A DNA stretch of 64,000 bases from Spirochaetaceae bacterium (GCA_007118855.1 SKQU01000121.1:1748-65747); one strand, 5' to 3'. Shown: positions 48,583 to 60,139, counted from the first letter of the stretch. Numbers and translations: made by a program. Notes: generated from the sequence alone by a model not told the origin.

Positions 48583-49327
48583 AGGGCAAGCCGACCGGCC
48601 GGTCAGACTGCAGCTCTACCTGGCGAGAGCGGGCGTCGCGTCTCGCCGCGAGAGCGAACGTCTGATCGAAATCGGGGTGGTGACCGTCAACGGCACCACG
48701 GTCACGGAGCTTGGAACGAAGGTGCTTCCGTCCGACGACGTACGAGTCGAGGGACGGCGGGTCCGGATGGAGACGCGCCGCGTCTACGTGGCGCTTCACA
48801 AACCGCGGCGCTATCTCTGCTCCGCGCGTGATCCGGAGGGCCGTCCGCTCGCGGGATCCCTGCTCGAGCCCCATTTCGAAGAACGGCTGTTCAGCGTCGG
48901 GCGTCTCGACTTTCTCTCATCAGGCCTGATTTTCTATACGAACGACGGCGACTTCGCCCGACTCGTCGGCCACCCCTCGCGCCGGATCGAAAGAGAGTAC
49001 CGTGTCGATACCCAGCAACCGGTGCCGGAGGATATGCTGCGGCACTACCGGACGGGCATCCGGATCGAGGGCGAGCGGTACCGGCTCGAACGGTACCGGT
49101 ACAAGACGCCCAGAAGCGTTGTGCTCGTGCTGACCGAGGGGAAGAACCGTGAGATCCGCAAGGTGTTCGCTCACTGGAGAATCGGGGTTCGCAGGCTGCA
49201 CCGCGTGCGCATAGGGATCGTGGCCTTACGGGACCTGCCGTCCGGCCAGTATCGGCCGCTGACGCAGCGCGAGATCGACTGGTTCCGCACCAACGCCGCG
49301 CGCAAGCCGAAAGGGGAGATGCCATGA
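48563..49327 (+). CDS. rluB: Pseudouridine synthase, RsuA/RluB family
   Basis: S4 domain (RLQLYLARAGVASRRESERLI) and catalytic motif GRLDFLSSGLIFYTNDG. Confidence 0.85.
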   Translation: MSLTTREGQADRPVRLQLYLARAGVASRRESERLIEIGVVTVNGTTVTELGTKVLPSDDVRVEGRRVRMETRRVYVALHKPRRYLCSARDPEGRPLAGSLLEPHFEERLFSVGRLDFLSSGLIFYTNDGDFARLVGHPSRRIEREYRVDTQQPVPEDMLRHYRTGIRIEGERYRLERYRYKTPRSVVLVLTEGKNREIRKVFAHWRIGVRRLHRVRIGIVALRDLPSGQYRPLTQREIDWFRTNAARKPKGEMP

Positions 49328-49995
49328 CTGTCGCGATCGACGGTCCCGCGGGCACCGGCAAGTCGACGGTGGCCCAGCGCGTTGCCCGCTCCGCGGGTCT
49401 CTTCTACCTCAACTCCGGCAACTTCTACCGCGCGATCACCTGGTACGTGCTGCAGCAGGGGATCGACTCGGAGGACCTCTCGGCGGTCGCCGGCGCGGCG
49501 AAAACGCTGTCGCTCGACGTCTGGTCGCACGGGATCGTCCTGGACGGGCAGAAGCTGCGACGGCAGCTTCGCGAAGAGTCGGTCGATGCGAACGTCGCGT
49601 CGGTCTCCTCGTCGGCGGAGGTACGACACTTCGTCAATCACCAGTTGCGGCGGATATCACGGAACCGGGACGTCATCGCCGAGGGCAGGGACATGACGAC
49701 CGTGGTCTTCCCTGACGCGGACGTGAAGATCTATCTGGACGCGTCGCTCGAATCACGCGCGCGACGGCGTTACGACGATCTCGGTCATTCCGTCCCGCTG
49801 GAGGAGGTTCGCCAGCGAATCGCCGAACGCGACGAGATAGATACGACAAAAGCCGTGGGACGCTTGAAGTTACACCCCTCCGCATTGTACATTGATAGCT
49901 CACACTTGACGATAAATCAGGTTTGTGAGATTGTATTGCACGCTATTCTCTCAGCAAGAACAAAACCATCTACAGGAGCATCAGGGCAGTCATGA
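49324..49995 (+). CDS. cmk: Cytidylate kinase
   Basis: IDGPAGTGKSTVAQ P-loop. ATGA overlaps at both ends. Conserved cmk-rpsA pairing. Confidence 0.93.
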   Translation: MTVAIDGPAGTGKSTVAQRVARSAGLFYLNSGNFYRAITWYVLQQGIDSEDLSAVAGAAKTLSLDVWSHGIVLDGQKLRRQLREESVDANVASVSSSAEVRHFVNHQLRRISRNRDVIAEGRDMTTVVFPDADVKIYLDASLESRARRRYDDLGHSVPLEEVRQRIAERDEIDTTKAVGRLKLHPSALYIDSSHLTINQVCEIVLHAILSARTKPSTGASGQS

Positions 49996-51701
49996 CAGAC
50001 AGGGACGTACAAAACGGCGACACCTCTGCGCATCAGCAGTTGCAGGAGGCACTCCAGGAGCAGTACCTGCAGCCGCTGGAAGAGTTCGAGGTAGGTCAGC
50101 TGATTGAGGGAACTGTGATCCAGACTGGCCCGGAAACCACTTTCGTTGATATCGGTTACAAGTCGGAAGGCAGGGTCCCTACTGAGGAGTTCGATGATCC
50201 ACCTCAGGTAGGTGACGCCGTTGAGGTCGTCCTCCTGAACAAGGAGACCCTCGGGGGCGGCGTCGTCGTGTCGAAGCGCAAGGCTGACGAGAAGCGCTTC
50301 TGGAAGGAGCTCAAGGACGCGTTTCAGGAGCACAAACCGGTAGAAGGGACGGTGGCACGGGCCATCAAGGGCGGATTCGAGATCGATCTGGGGCACAAGC
50401 TGCGGGCGTTCAATCCCATCTCGAAGATGGACGTTCGACGAGTCGACAATCCGGACGAGTACGTGGGGCTGCGCAGCAAGTTCTACGTCGAGCGGGTCTA
50501 CAGCGAAAACCGGGTCAACATCGTGCTCTCGCGTCGCGACTACATTGAAGAGGAAGCGTCGAAGCGCAAAAAGGAGTTCTTTGAGCACGTCGAGATCGGC
50601 GACGTGGTAGAGGGAACGGTGAAGAGTTTCACCTCCTTCGGGGCATTCGTGGATCTCGGCGGGTTTGACGGTCTGCTCCACATCAACGACATGAGCTGGG
50701 GCCACGTCAACCGCCCCAAGGACTACGTCAAGCGCGGGCAGAAACTGGCGCTCAAGGTGATCCGCATGGACCACGAGAACCAGAAGATCAACCTGAGCCT
50801 CAAGCACCTGACCGAAGACCCCTGGAACCACTTCGAGGAGAAGTACAACACGGAGATGGTGGTCAAGGGTAAGGTTACGAAACTCACCGACTTCGGCGCG
50901 TTCATCGAGCTCGAAGAGGGGATCGAGGGACTCGCCCATATCTCCGAGCTCTCGTGGGTCAAGCGCGTCGATCACCCCAAGGAGCTCCTGAAGGTTGGAG
51001 ACGAAGTCGAGACGAAGATCCTCGACTACGATGTGCCGGCCGGGCGAGTCTCGCTCGGGCTCAAGCAGGTTCTTCCGAATCCTTGGGACACGATGAACCA
51101 GAAGTATCCGGAAGGTATGCGTCTGACCCGCAAGGTGAAGAAGCTCACCAATGCCGGGGCCTTCGTGGAGCTCGAGGAGGGAATCGACGGGTTCCTGCAC
51201 GTCGACGACCTGTCGTGGACGAAGCGCCACAAGCATCCGAGCGCCATGCTCGAAGAGGGCCAGGAGATCGAGTGCATGGTGATCCAGACGGATCCGGACC
51301 ACCACAACATCCGGCTCGGCATGAAGCAGCTCTCCGAAGACCCATGGGAGAGCCTGAAGAAGGCGTATCCCGAACGAAGCATCATCGAGGGCGAAGTCAC
51401 GAACATCACCGACTTCGGGGTGTTCGTCCGTGTCCAGGGCGGCGTCGAGGGGCTGATCAACAAGTCGCAGCTTGCCGATCCGCGTGAGATGCCGTTCGAG
51501 AAGGCGGTTGAGAAGATCAACGTCGGCGACAAGGTCAGAGCCGTCGTGACGGAGCTCAATGCCGGACGTCAGAAGCTCTCGCTTTCGGTGCGCGAGCTGT
51601 CGCGCCAGGAACAGCGGCAGGAGATGCAGAAGTATATCGGTGATGAAGATGGATCGACCTTTACGCTCGGTGACATGCTCAAGGACAAGGAGAGCACCTG
51701 A
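49992..51701 (+). CDS. rpsA: 30S ribosomal protein S1
   Basis: Six S1 repeats (e.g. [33 protein letters not shown]). Confidence 0.95.
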   Translation: MTDRDVQNGDTSAHQQLQEALQEQYLQPLEEFEVGQLIEGTVIQTGPETTFVDIGYKSEGRVPTEEFDDPPQVGDAVEVVLLNKETLGGGVVVSKRKADEKRFWKELKDAFQEHKPVEGTVARAIKGGFEIDLGHKLRAFNPISKMDVRRVDNPDEYVGLRSKFYVERVYSENRVNIVLSRRDYIEEEASKRKKEFFEHVEIGDVVEGTVKSFTSFGAFVDLGGFDGLLHINDMSWGHVNRPKDYVKRGQKLALKVIRMDHENQKINLSLKHLTEDPWNHFEEKYNTEMVVKGKVTKLTDFGAFIELEEGIEGLAHISELSWVKRVDHPKELLKVGDEVETKILDYDVPAGRVSLGLKQVLPNPWDTMNQKYPEGMRLTRKVKKLTNAGAFVELEEGIDGFLHVDDLSWTKRHKHPSAMLEEGQEIECMVIQTDPDHHNIRLGMKQLSEDPWESLKKAYPERSIIEGEVTNITDFGVFVRVQGGVEGLINKSQLADPREMPFEKAVEKINVGDKVRAVVTELNAGRQKLSLSVRELSRQEQRQEMQKYIGDEDGSTFTLGDMLKDKEST

Positions 51702-51728
51702 TCCATCTCATAGGTCGGTCCACACGTC

Positions 51729-53237
<1,509 letters not shown>

Positions 53238-53246
53238 GGAGCACAG

Positions 53247-53960
53247 ATGAAAAACGTTAGTCCCTCCAGATCGCAGCACGAACAACAGCCGGAACCGGTG
53301 AAAGAGAAGCTCATCGCGTTTCTTACCCGTTTTCGAACGCCCATTCTCGCCACCGTCGCCGGGATCGTCATCGTGACGGTCGTCCTGGTGATCGTGATGT
53401 CGGTCCAGGCCTCCCGCGCCGAAGCCGCGCTGCTGGCGGTCGAGGATCTGCAGGATGAATACGAACAGTGGATGCAGCTTGAGGAAGATGAGCGGTCCGA
53501 CGCCTATTCGCTCCTCGCCGATTCCGCGGCGAGCCTCATCGAAGAGTATCCGCGCACCTATGCCGCGGTACGGGCGCGAATCCTCGACGCGCGAGCTCTT
53601 TCGGAGCTCGAGCTCTGGGAGGCGGCCTCGCGAAGATTCCTCGAGGCCGCCGATGCGAGCCGGGGCACCTACCTCGAACCGGTCTCTCTCATGGGTGCTG
53701 CCGTGGCCGCGGAGAACGCCGGCGACGCCGATCGCGCGCTCGCGCTCCATCGCCGCATCGCCGAGGATTTCGCAGGCGAGAGCGCGGAGGTTCCCCGCGC
53801 GATGTTCTCGATCGGGCGGATTCTCGAGCAGAGGGGCGACATCGCCGAGGCCGCCGAGGCGTATAGGCGGCTCGTATCGAGTTATCCCAACAGCAGTTGG
53901 ACAAACCTCGCCCGCAACCGTATAATCTCGCTGACCGTTGAGGGTCGAATAGGCGGCTAG
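53247..53960 (+). CDS. Single-pass membrane protein with TPR-like periplasmic domain (YfgM-like)
   Basis: TM helix ILATVAGIVIVTVVLVIVM followed by helical repeats (…MFSIGRILEQRGDIAEAAEAYRRLVSSYPNSSW…). Confidence 0.55.
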   Translation: MKNVSPSRSQHEQQPEPVKEKLIAFLTRFRTPILATVAGIVIVTVVLVIVMSVQASRAEAALLAVEDLQDEYEQWMQLEEDERSDAYSLLADSAASLIEEYPRTYAAVRARILDARALSELELWEAASRRFLEAADASRGTYLEPVSLMGAAVAAENAGDADRALALHRRIAEDFAGESAEVPRAMFSIGRILEQRGDIAEAAEAYRRLVSSYPNSSWTNLARNRIISLTVEGRIGG

Positions 53961-53966
53961 CCCATC

Positions 53967-54049
53967 GCTCGCCGGACGCTCCGCCGGATGCTCCGCCGGA
54001 CGCTCCGCCGGCCGCGCCGCAAGCCGCGCCGCAAGCCGCGCCGACTCGA
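53967..54049. repeat. 12-nt-period tandem array (about 7 units, two sub-families)
   Basis: Read directly: gctcgccggac gctccgccggat gctccgccggac gctccgccggcc gcgccgcaagcc gcgccgcaagcc gcgccgactcga. Lies between the TAG at 53958-60 and the RBS/GTG of the cyclase gene. Confidence 0.85.
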
Positions 54050-54063
54050 CCCGGGGAGGGCAG

Positions 54064-56679
54064 GTGTCCGGTACGATCTTCAAGACACGCTACTTTTCGC
54101 CGATCATCGGCGCCGCCGTGATCGTCGCGATACTCGCGCTCACGGCCCTGACCGCGATCCCGGAGCGGCTCGAGCTGCGCCTGCTCACTGTTCACTTCAG
54201 ACTCAAGGAGACGTTCCGAACGCGAAGCGTTCAGGAAGGTGTCCTCTACCAGGAGCTGAATCCTGCGATCAGCCGCGACATCGAGATCATCGCGATTGAC
54301 ACGAGCAGCCTCTCCCAGTTCGGCAGATGGCCCTGGCCCCGATGGCGACATGCGGATCTCGTCAACTCCTTCGCCCGCATCTCGGATCAGCGCAATCGCG
54401 AACGCGCGCTCTTTCTCGACCTGTTCTTCATTGAGCCTGCCGACGATGCATACGAGGACGCGATGCTCATTGAGGCCATCGAGCACGGCGGACGCGTATT
54501 CCTGCAAACGGTGCTTGCGGACTACTTTCTTCCGCCTGCCGTTGAGGATGAATACTTCAAGCGCCACGATGTGCTCTTCGACAATGCGGGCCGGATACGG
54601 AACGTTGAGGGCGAATGGTGGGCCATGCTCCCGTACTTCGGCATCGAACCGCCGTTGCAACCGTATGGACGCGTTGTACGCGGCTTCGGTCACGCAAACT
54701 TCGATCAGGATTGGGACGCCGTGTTCAGGCGGCAGCCACTGGTCGCCAAGGTCTCCCGGTTGATCGAGGAGCTGCGACTCGACGAATTGACCACCGAGAC
54801 CCATGTAGACACCGAGCGTTTCGAACGGCTGGCCTGGGTCGATCGTGACGGGCGATACCACCACATACCGCATCCACTGACCGACTCTGCGCTTGAAGCA
54901 CTGCAGCGGCGGATGACTGCCGAAGCTCCCCCGGCACTCGTCGACACGACTGGTGACGGACAGGCAGACGACAGATACTATGTGGTACGCAAATTCCGCG
55001 ACCAGTTCATCCCGAGCATCACGCTCTCACTCGCGCTCGAGTATTTCAACAAGGATTACGACGATATCCAAGTCGTGCTCGGAACGCACATAACGATCCC
55101 GGACGTCAAGGTATACGATCGGGAGACCGACTCATGGGTCCCGTACCACGTACCGGTAAGCCCCGCGCGGCTCGACGACGAAGGAAACGTCGTCCGTGAA
55201 GCGGTGTATCGCCATGTGCAGAACATCGTCATCCCGATCAACGAGCATGGGGAGATGCTGATCAACTACATGGGACCTCGTTCGAGCCCCACTCGCGACG
55301 GCCATCAGACCTTTCCGGTCCGCTCATACGCTGCCTACACAGCCCGCGGGGTAGTCGGGCCCGATCCCGCGTTGTGGCGGCCAACCCGTGCGGCCGACAA
55401 CAAGATCCTGATGGTCGGACCGTTCTCCGCCGGTATGGCTGAGGACGAGAAGCTCACACCGTATGGATTGATGTATGGAGTGGAGAAGCACGCGAATGCG
55501 CTGAACACGATCATCATGGACCGTTTCCTCAGGAATATCCCATATTGGGCCGACCTGCTCATACTCGTCGGGCTGATCATGCTCGTGGCGATCGCCACGG
55601 GGCGTCTCAAGAATCCGTTCCTTTCGTTCTTTGCCATGCTCGGTGTACTGTTCGTCTTCTTCTTCGTTACGACCTACGTGTTCGACACGCGTGCCTACCT
55701 TGTCAACTTCTCGTCACCGGCGCTCGGCGTCCTTCTGACCTTTGTAACCGTCGTTGTGTACCGCGTTTTGACCGAAGGGCGCGAGAAGCGATTCATCACG
55801 AGCGCCTTCGGAACCTACGTGAGCCCCGCCGTCGTGCAGCAGCTCGTCCAGAATCCGGCGCTTCTGAAGCAGCTCGGTGGCGAGCGGCGTGAGCTGACGA
55901 TGTTCTTCTCGGACATCCAGGGGTTCACCACGCTGAGCGAGGCGCTTCCTCCGGATACACTGGTCAACTTCCTCAAAGGATATCTCACCGAGCTCGTGAA
56001 CATCATCCAGGAAGAGGAAGGCGCGATCGACAAGTTTGAGGGCGACGCGATTATCGCGTTCTGGAATGCGCCGCTGGATGTGCCGCAGCACCCGGTACAC
56101 GGGGTTCGCGCCGCGCTGCGCTGCCAGAAGCGGCTCGCGGAACTGCAGGAGACATACGCACGGCCGGTCGCCGACGGCGGCGTGGGCAAGGAAATCCGCA
56201 CCCGGATTGGACTGCATTCCGGTGAGGTCAACGTGGGGAACTTCGGCAGCGACAAGCGCCTCGACTACACGGCGCTCGGCGACGCGATGAACCTCGCGAG
56301 CCGGCTCGAGGGCTCGAACAAGGAGTTTGGAACGTACTGCCTGATCTCGCAGGCGACCTTCCGAGGACTCGACGGAGCTTTTCCGGCCCGCGAGCTCGGA
56401 AGGATCTCCGTGGTCGGTCGCCTCGAGCCGGTCACGGTCTATGAGCCGATGCTCGCGGAGGACTACGAGCGTCGCAGGCAGACCGTGGAGACGTACGGAC
56501 GAGCGCTTGATGCGTGGTATAACGCCCGTCTCGAAGAGGCCCGTGAGCTTTTTGCAGGCATCGCAGACGTGGATCCCCCGGCGGCTGCGATGGTCGCCCA
56601 GGCCGAAGCCTGGCTCGCGCGGCCGCAAACCGCCCGTCCGCGAGGATGGACGGGCGTCCTGACGCGCACCGAGAAGTGA
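54064..56679 (+). CDS. CHASE2-domain membrane adenylate cyclase (class III)
   Basis: N-terminal TM helix, large extracytoplasmic CHASE2-like region, a TM bundle, and a class III cyclase domain (LTMFFSDIQGFTTLSE, DKFEGDAIIAFWNAP, LDYTALGDAMNLASRLEG). GTG start after GGGGAGGG. Confidence 0.85.
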   Translation: MSGTIFKTRYFSPIIGAAVIVAILALTALTAIPERLELRLLTVHFRLKETFRTRSVQEGVLYQELNPAISRDIEIIAIDTSSLSQFGRWPWPRWRHADLVNSFARISDQRNRERALFLDLFFIEPADDAYEDAMLIEAIEHGGRVFLQTVLADYFLPPAVEDEYFKRHDVLFDNAGRIRNVEGEWWAMLPYFGIEPPLQPYGRVVRGFGHANFDQDWDAVFRRQPLVAKVSRLIEELRLDELTTETHVDTERFERLAWVDRDGRYHHIPHPLTDSALEALQRRMTAEAPPALVDTTGDGQADDRYYVVRKFRDQFIPSITLSLALEYFNKDYDDIQVVLGTHITIPDVKVYDRETDSWVPYHVPVSPARLDDEGNVVREAVYRHVQNIVIPINEHGEMLINYMGPRSSPTRDGHQTFPVRSYAAYTARGVVGPDPALWRPTRAADNKILMVGPFSAGMAEDEKLTPYGLMYGVEKHANALNTIIMDRFLRNIPYWADLLILVGLIMLVAIATGRLKNPFLSFFAMLGVLFVFFFVTTYVFDTRAYLVNFSSPALGVLLTFVTVVVYRVLTEGREKRFITSAFGTYVSPAVVQQLVQNPALLKQLGGERRELTMFFSDIQGFTTLSEALPPDTLVNFLKGYLTELVNIIQEEEGAIDKFEGDAIIAFWNAPLDVPQHPVHGVRAALRCQKRLAELQETYARPVADGGVGKEIRTRIGLHSGEVNVGNFGSDKRLDYTALGDAMNLASRLEGSNKEFGTYCLISQATFRGLDGAFPARELGRISVVGRLEPVTVYEPMLAEDYERRRQTVETYGRALDAWYNARLEEARELFAGIADVDPPAAAMVAQAEAWLARPQTARPRGWTGVLTRTEK

Positions 56680-56697
56680 GACTGGGACCGGATTGCG

Positions 56698-57456
56698 ATG
56701 AGGTGGCGAGAATACCTCAGAAACGGATGGAGCAGGGCGACCGGAGGCCCGCATCTCCGCTTCTTCGGCCGTACAGCCTGCACGATCGTAGTGGTCCTGC
56801 TCGCCGGGTGCGGAATTCCCGAGTTCGCCTACCTCGCGCCCCCCATCCCGGGTACCGTCACCGAGCTCCCGCCCACCGTTACCTTTTCGCACTCGGTCGA
56901 CAATGATACGGACAGCTTCTTCGGCTACGAGCTGTACTACAAGTTCTACGATCCGGAGACCGGCGAGCAACCGTTTCAGGCCGATCGAACGGCTATCCAG
57001 AACGCCGCGGCCGGCGTGGTTGCATCGACGATCACCGCGCGGGGGTATAGACGAATCCAGCGTCTGGACTCGGATGCCAGACCAACGCTCGCGATCCCGG
57101 CCCTGGACGGCGCCATCCCGTTCACCGTCACCCTGCGGTTCCAGCAGGAGCCCGAGCCGGAGCCCCAGACGCCCCAGACGGGAGCCGTTGCCTCCTGGAC
57201 CGGGGACGCAAAACGGCAAGTTGCGCTGGTCCGCGACCAGGCGGCGCTCGGAAACCCGACACCGCCGCTTGGATTCACCGAAGAGGACATCGTCCCCGGG
57301 GTGCACCTGGATCTCAGCGGTTTCGAACCGAACGGACTGGGACTCAGGATGGGGCTGGTGATCGTCTCTTATGGGGTTGATTTCGCTACGGGCAGGTTCG
57401 GGGAGATCTACTCGACGGCAGTCGTCCCGGAGAACCAACTGAGGATATTCTACTGA
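56698..57456 (+). CDS. Hypothetical lipoprotein
   Basis: Lipobox-like VVLLAGC. 252 aa. I recognise no family. Confidence 0.55.
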   Translation: MRWREYLRNGWSRATGGPHLRFFGRTACTIVVVLLAGCGIPEFAYLAPPIPGTVTELPPTVTFSHSVDNDTDSFFGYELYYKFYDPETGEQPFQADRTAIQNAAAGVVASTITARGYRRIQRLDSDARPTLAIPALDGAIPFTVTLRFQQEPEPEPQTPQTGAVASWTGDAKRQVALVRDQAALGNPTPPLGFTEEDIVPGVHLDLSGFEPNGLGLRMGLVIVSYGVDFATGRFGEIYSTAVVPENQLRIFY

Positions 57457-57731
57457 TGATCCTGGAATCGTTCGCAATCATCCTGCTGACCTACCTGGTT
57501 GCCGGCACGCTGCCGCCGGTTGTGGCGCACTATCTCTTCGGCACGAGGTTTCTCGGGGGTATAGCCGCGGCGCTGCTCGTCGGGGTGATCGGGGCGGTCT
57601 GCGGCGGACTCGCCCACACGGTGGCAGCGATCCCCGACGTACTCGTGATCGGCGGTACGGTCGAGATCGTGTGGCCTTTGCTCGCGTCCATCGGACTGAC
57701 CGCGATCTTCGCGCTCGTTTCCGCCAGATAG
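57456..57731 (+). CDS. Small membrane protein, GlsB/YeaQ/YmgE (transglycosylase-associated) family-like
   Basis: 91 aa, three G/A-rich TM helices. The ATG overlaps the upstream TGA. Confidence 0.5.
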   Translation: MILESFAIILLTYLVAGTLPPVVAHYLFGTRFLGGIAAALLVGVIGAVCGGLAHTVAAIPDVLVIGGTVEIVWPLLASIGLTAIFALVSAR

Positions 57732-57947
57732 GGCCCTGCGACCGGCCGTCTGTGCGGCCCACTCGAAACTCGGCCGGCCGGTCATCCGGATCTCCAACTT
57801 CAGCTACTTCCGATAACACATATTCTGTCTACTCAAGTCAGCCCGTCACCCCGGACATGGGACACGACTGCGCCCGCCTTGCCATCGCAGGAAGCTACTC
57901 GGTCCGGTTGGGTTGCTCGGTTCTCCCGATCGCGGTAGATTGGCGGG

Positions 57948-58799
57948 ATGAAAAGAGCCCGAGAGCCCGTGCCGGTCGATCCGGGTCGTGTGTTTGACCG
58001 GTTGTACGAGATTATGGTGCGTCTGCGGGGACCCGACGGATGCCCCTGGGATCGAGAGCAGACGCCGCGCAGCGTTCGCCGCCACCTGCTCGAGGAGACG
58101 TACGAGTGCATCGAGGCTATTGAGTCCGGCTCACCGGATGAGATCGAAGAAGAGCTCGGGGATGTCTATCTGCTTGTGACGATGCTTGCGCAGATGTACG
58201 AGCAGTCCGGCGAGTTTCGAGTTGTGGACGTCCTCACGCGCCTCTGCGAGAAGCTCGTCAGACGCCATCCGCATGTGTTCGGGCAAGCCGAGGCGGCTAC
58301 AGCAGAGGCCGTCGTGGATCAGTGGGTGCGGATCAAGACCGACGAGGAAGGAAAGCGTCCGGCGACCGGGCTGCTCGACAGGGTCTCGCGCGGCAGACCG
58401 GCGCTCGAACGTGCGAACGCTCTTCAGAAGTCCGCCGCGAAGGTGGGCTTCGACTGGCCTACCCTTCACGGCGTGCGCGAGAAGCTCCTTGAAGAGCTCG
58501 CGGAGGTCGTCGCGCAGGTTGGCGGCGATGGAGCACTCGACTCGTCACGGGCCGATCTCGGCGAACCGGGAGATGGGCTCGAGGACGAGATTGGCGACCT
58601 GCTGTTCAGCGCGGTCAATCTCGCAAGATACCTGGGCGTCGACCCTTCCATGGCGCTCAACCGGGCGAACGTGAAGTTCACGCGCCGGTTCCAGGAGGTC
58701 GAGCGCCGTATGCAGGAGCTCGGTCGTCGCATGGCGGCCTCGGAGCTCGGGTTGATGGACGCGCTCTGGGACGACGCAAAGACCTCGGAAAACGTATGA
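57948..58799 (+). CDS. mazG: Nucleoside triphosphate pyrophosphohydrolase MazG (tandem MazG domains)
   Basis: CPWDREQT, EETYECIEAIE, EELGDVYL and, in the second domain, DEIGDLLFSAVNLARYLG. Confidence 0.9.
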   Translation: MKRAREPVPVDPGRVFDRLYEIMVRLRGPDGCPWDREQTPRSVRRHLLEETYECIEAIESGSPDEIEEELGDVYLLVTMLAQMYEQSGEFRVVDVLTRLCEKLVRRHPHVFGQAEAATAEAVVDQWVRIKTDEEGKRPATGLLDRVSRGRPALERANALQKSAAKVGFDWPTLHGVREKLLEELAEVVAQVGGDGALDSSRADLGEPGDGLEDEIGDLLFSAVNLARYLGVDPSMALNRANVKFTRRFQEVERRMQELGRRMAASELGLMDALWDDAKTSENV

Positions 58800-58826
58800 A
58801 ATAGAATACTTCCTCGGAGAACTTCT

Positions 58827-60137
58827 TCAGTACCGGAAGCGGCGGTGGTAGATGCTCATCAGCAGTCCGACGGCGATGAGCCCGTTCCAGAGCGACGATC
58901 CTCCGTAAGAGACGAAGGGCAGCGGTATTCCGGTGATCGGCATGACACCGATGGCCATCCCGATGTTGACCGCACTGTGGAAGAAGAACATGGCGACGAT
59001 GCCTATCGCGACAAGTGACGCGAAGTCATCCTTGGCCTTCGCGCTGATCAACAGACCGCGGATGATGATGATCGAAAAACACGCGAATACTGCCAGGGCT
59101 CCGATGAAGCCCCACTCTTCGGCGAGAATGGAGAAGATGAAATCCGTGCTCTGCTCCGGCAGGTACTGCAGATGGCTCTGCGTTCCACGCAGCCACCCCT
59201 TGCCGGCGATACCTCCGGAGCCGACCGCGGTTACGCTCTGGATGATATGCCAGCCCGCGCCTCTGGGATCGACGTTGGGGTCAAGGAAGACGATCAGGCG
59301 CATCAGCTGGTACTCGCGGAGCACGCGTCTTCCGAGAATCGACCCGGCGAGCCCGGTCAGAGCTACGGCGATACCATAGATGATCCAGCGGAAGTACGAC
59401 CTTTTGATCACCAGAAGTCCGATCACCGCAAGAAGACCGGCTGCCGCAAGCCCCGCGATGACGACCATCAGGAGCCGCTGATCTCGCAGGACACTGATCA
59501 CCGGAACCTCCGCACCGTGAATCAGCGACTCCCATGCCGGCAGAACGGTCAGAACGACCATTATCACCCCGGACAGCAGTATGAACAGAACGTAGCTCGG
59601 CTTCGCCCCCGCGGTGTAGGTCATCACCAGGAAGATGGGAACGTAGACGAGTGCGGTCCCCAGGTCCGGCTGCAGCAGGATGAGGCCCACGGGGACAAGC
59701 ACGATTCCCATGGCCGCGGCGAAGGTCAGCGGGTTGTGCAGGCTGTGACGCCGTCGCTCGAGAAAACGCGCGAGAAGGAGAATGGTGACGGTCTTGGCAA
59801 ACTCCGACGGCTGCACGCCCAGATCACCTATCCCGACCCACCGTCGGGCGCCCCGCTCTACCCGGCCGAACAATAGCGTCCCGACGAGTACGAGAAGAAT
59901 CGCAACAAAGATATGGGGCGCGAGATCGCGCAGACGTGCGTAGTCGAATGATGAGACGGCGACGAAGACGATGAGTCCGAGCCCGATCCAGACAAGCTGT
60001 CGCAGCCATTCGCGGGAGAACGACATGCCGTCGGCCGTCACACCGCTCGAGTAGATGAACAGCACCCCAATGACCATCAGCGTGACAGTAGCGATCACCA
60101 GAAGCAGGTCTATGCGGAAAACCGAGCGTTCCTGCAT
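58827..60137 (-). CDS. rodA: Peptidoglycan glycosyltransferase RodA (SEDS family)
   Basis: FtsW/RodA/SpoVE-type 10-TM protein (…QPSEFAK…, …GKGWLRGTQSHLQYLPEQSTDFIFS…). Start MQERSVFRID at 60137. The track ORF to 60356 overlaps mrdA and was trimmed. Confidence 0.92.
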   Translation of the reverse strand: MQERSVFRIDLLLVIATVTLMVIGVLFIYSSGVTADGMSFSREWLRQLVWIGLGLIVFVAVSSFDYARLRDLAPHIFVAILLVLVGTLLFGRVERGARRWVGIGDLGVQPSEFAKTVTILLLARFLERRRHSLHNPLTFAAAMGIVLVPVGLILLQPDLGTALVYVPIFLVMTYTAGAKPSYVLFILLSGVIMVVLTVLPAWESLIHGAEVPVISVLRDQRLLMVVIAGLAAAGLLAVIGLLVIKRSYFRWIIYGIAVALTGLAGSILGRRVLREYQLMRLIVFLDPNVDPRGAGWHIIQSVTAVGSGGIAGKGWLRGTQSHLQYLPEQSTDFIFSILAEEWGFIGALAVFACFSIIIIRGLLISAKAKDDFASLVAIGIVAMFFFHSAVNIGMAIGVMPITGIPLPFVSYGGSSLWNGLIAVGLLMSIYHRRFRY

Positions 60138-60139
60138 CT

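Noticed and set aside
53967-54049. Possible CRISPR-like or coding nature of the 12-nt array
   Set aside because: The units are contiguous with no spacers and far too short for CRISPR repeats, and there are no cas genes. The 53988-54299 ORF is Arg-rich, overlaps the cyclase out of frame, and lacks an RBS. Read-through of the TAG remains only a low-probability idea, noted in the findings.
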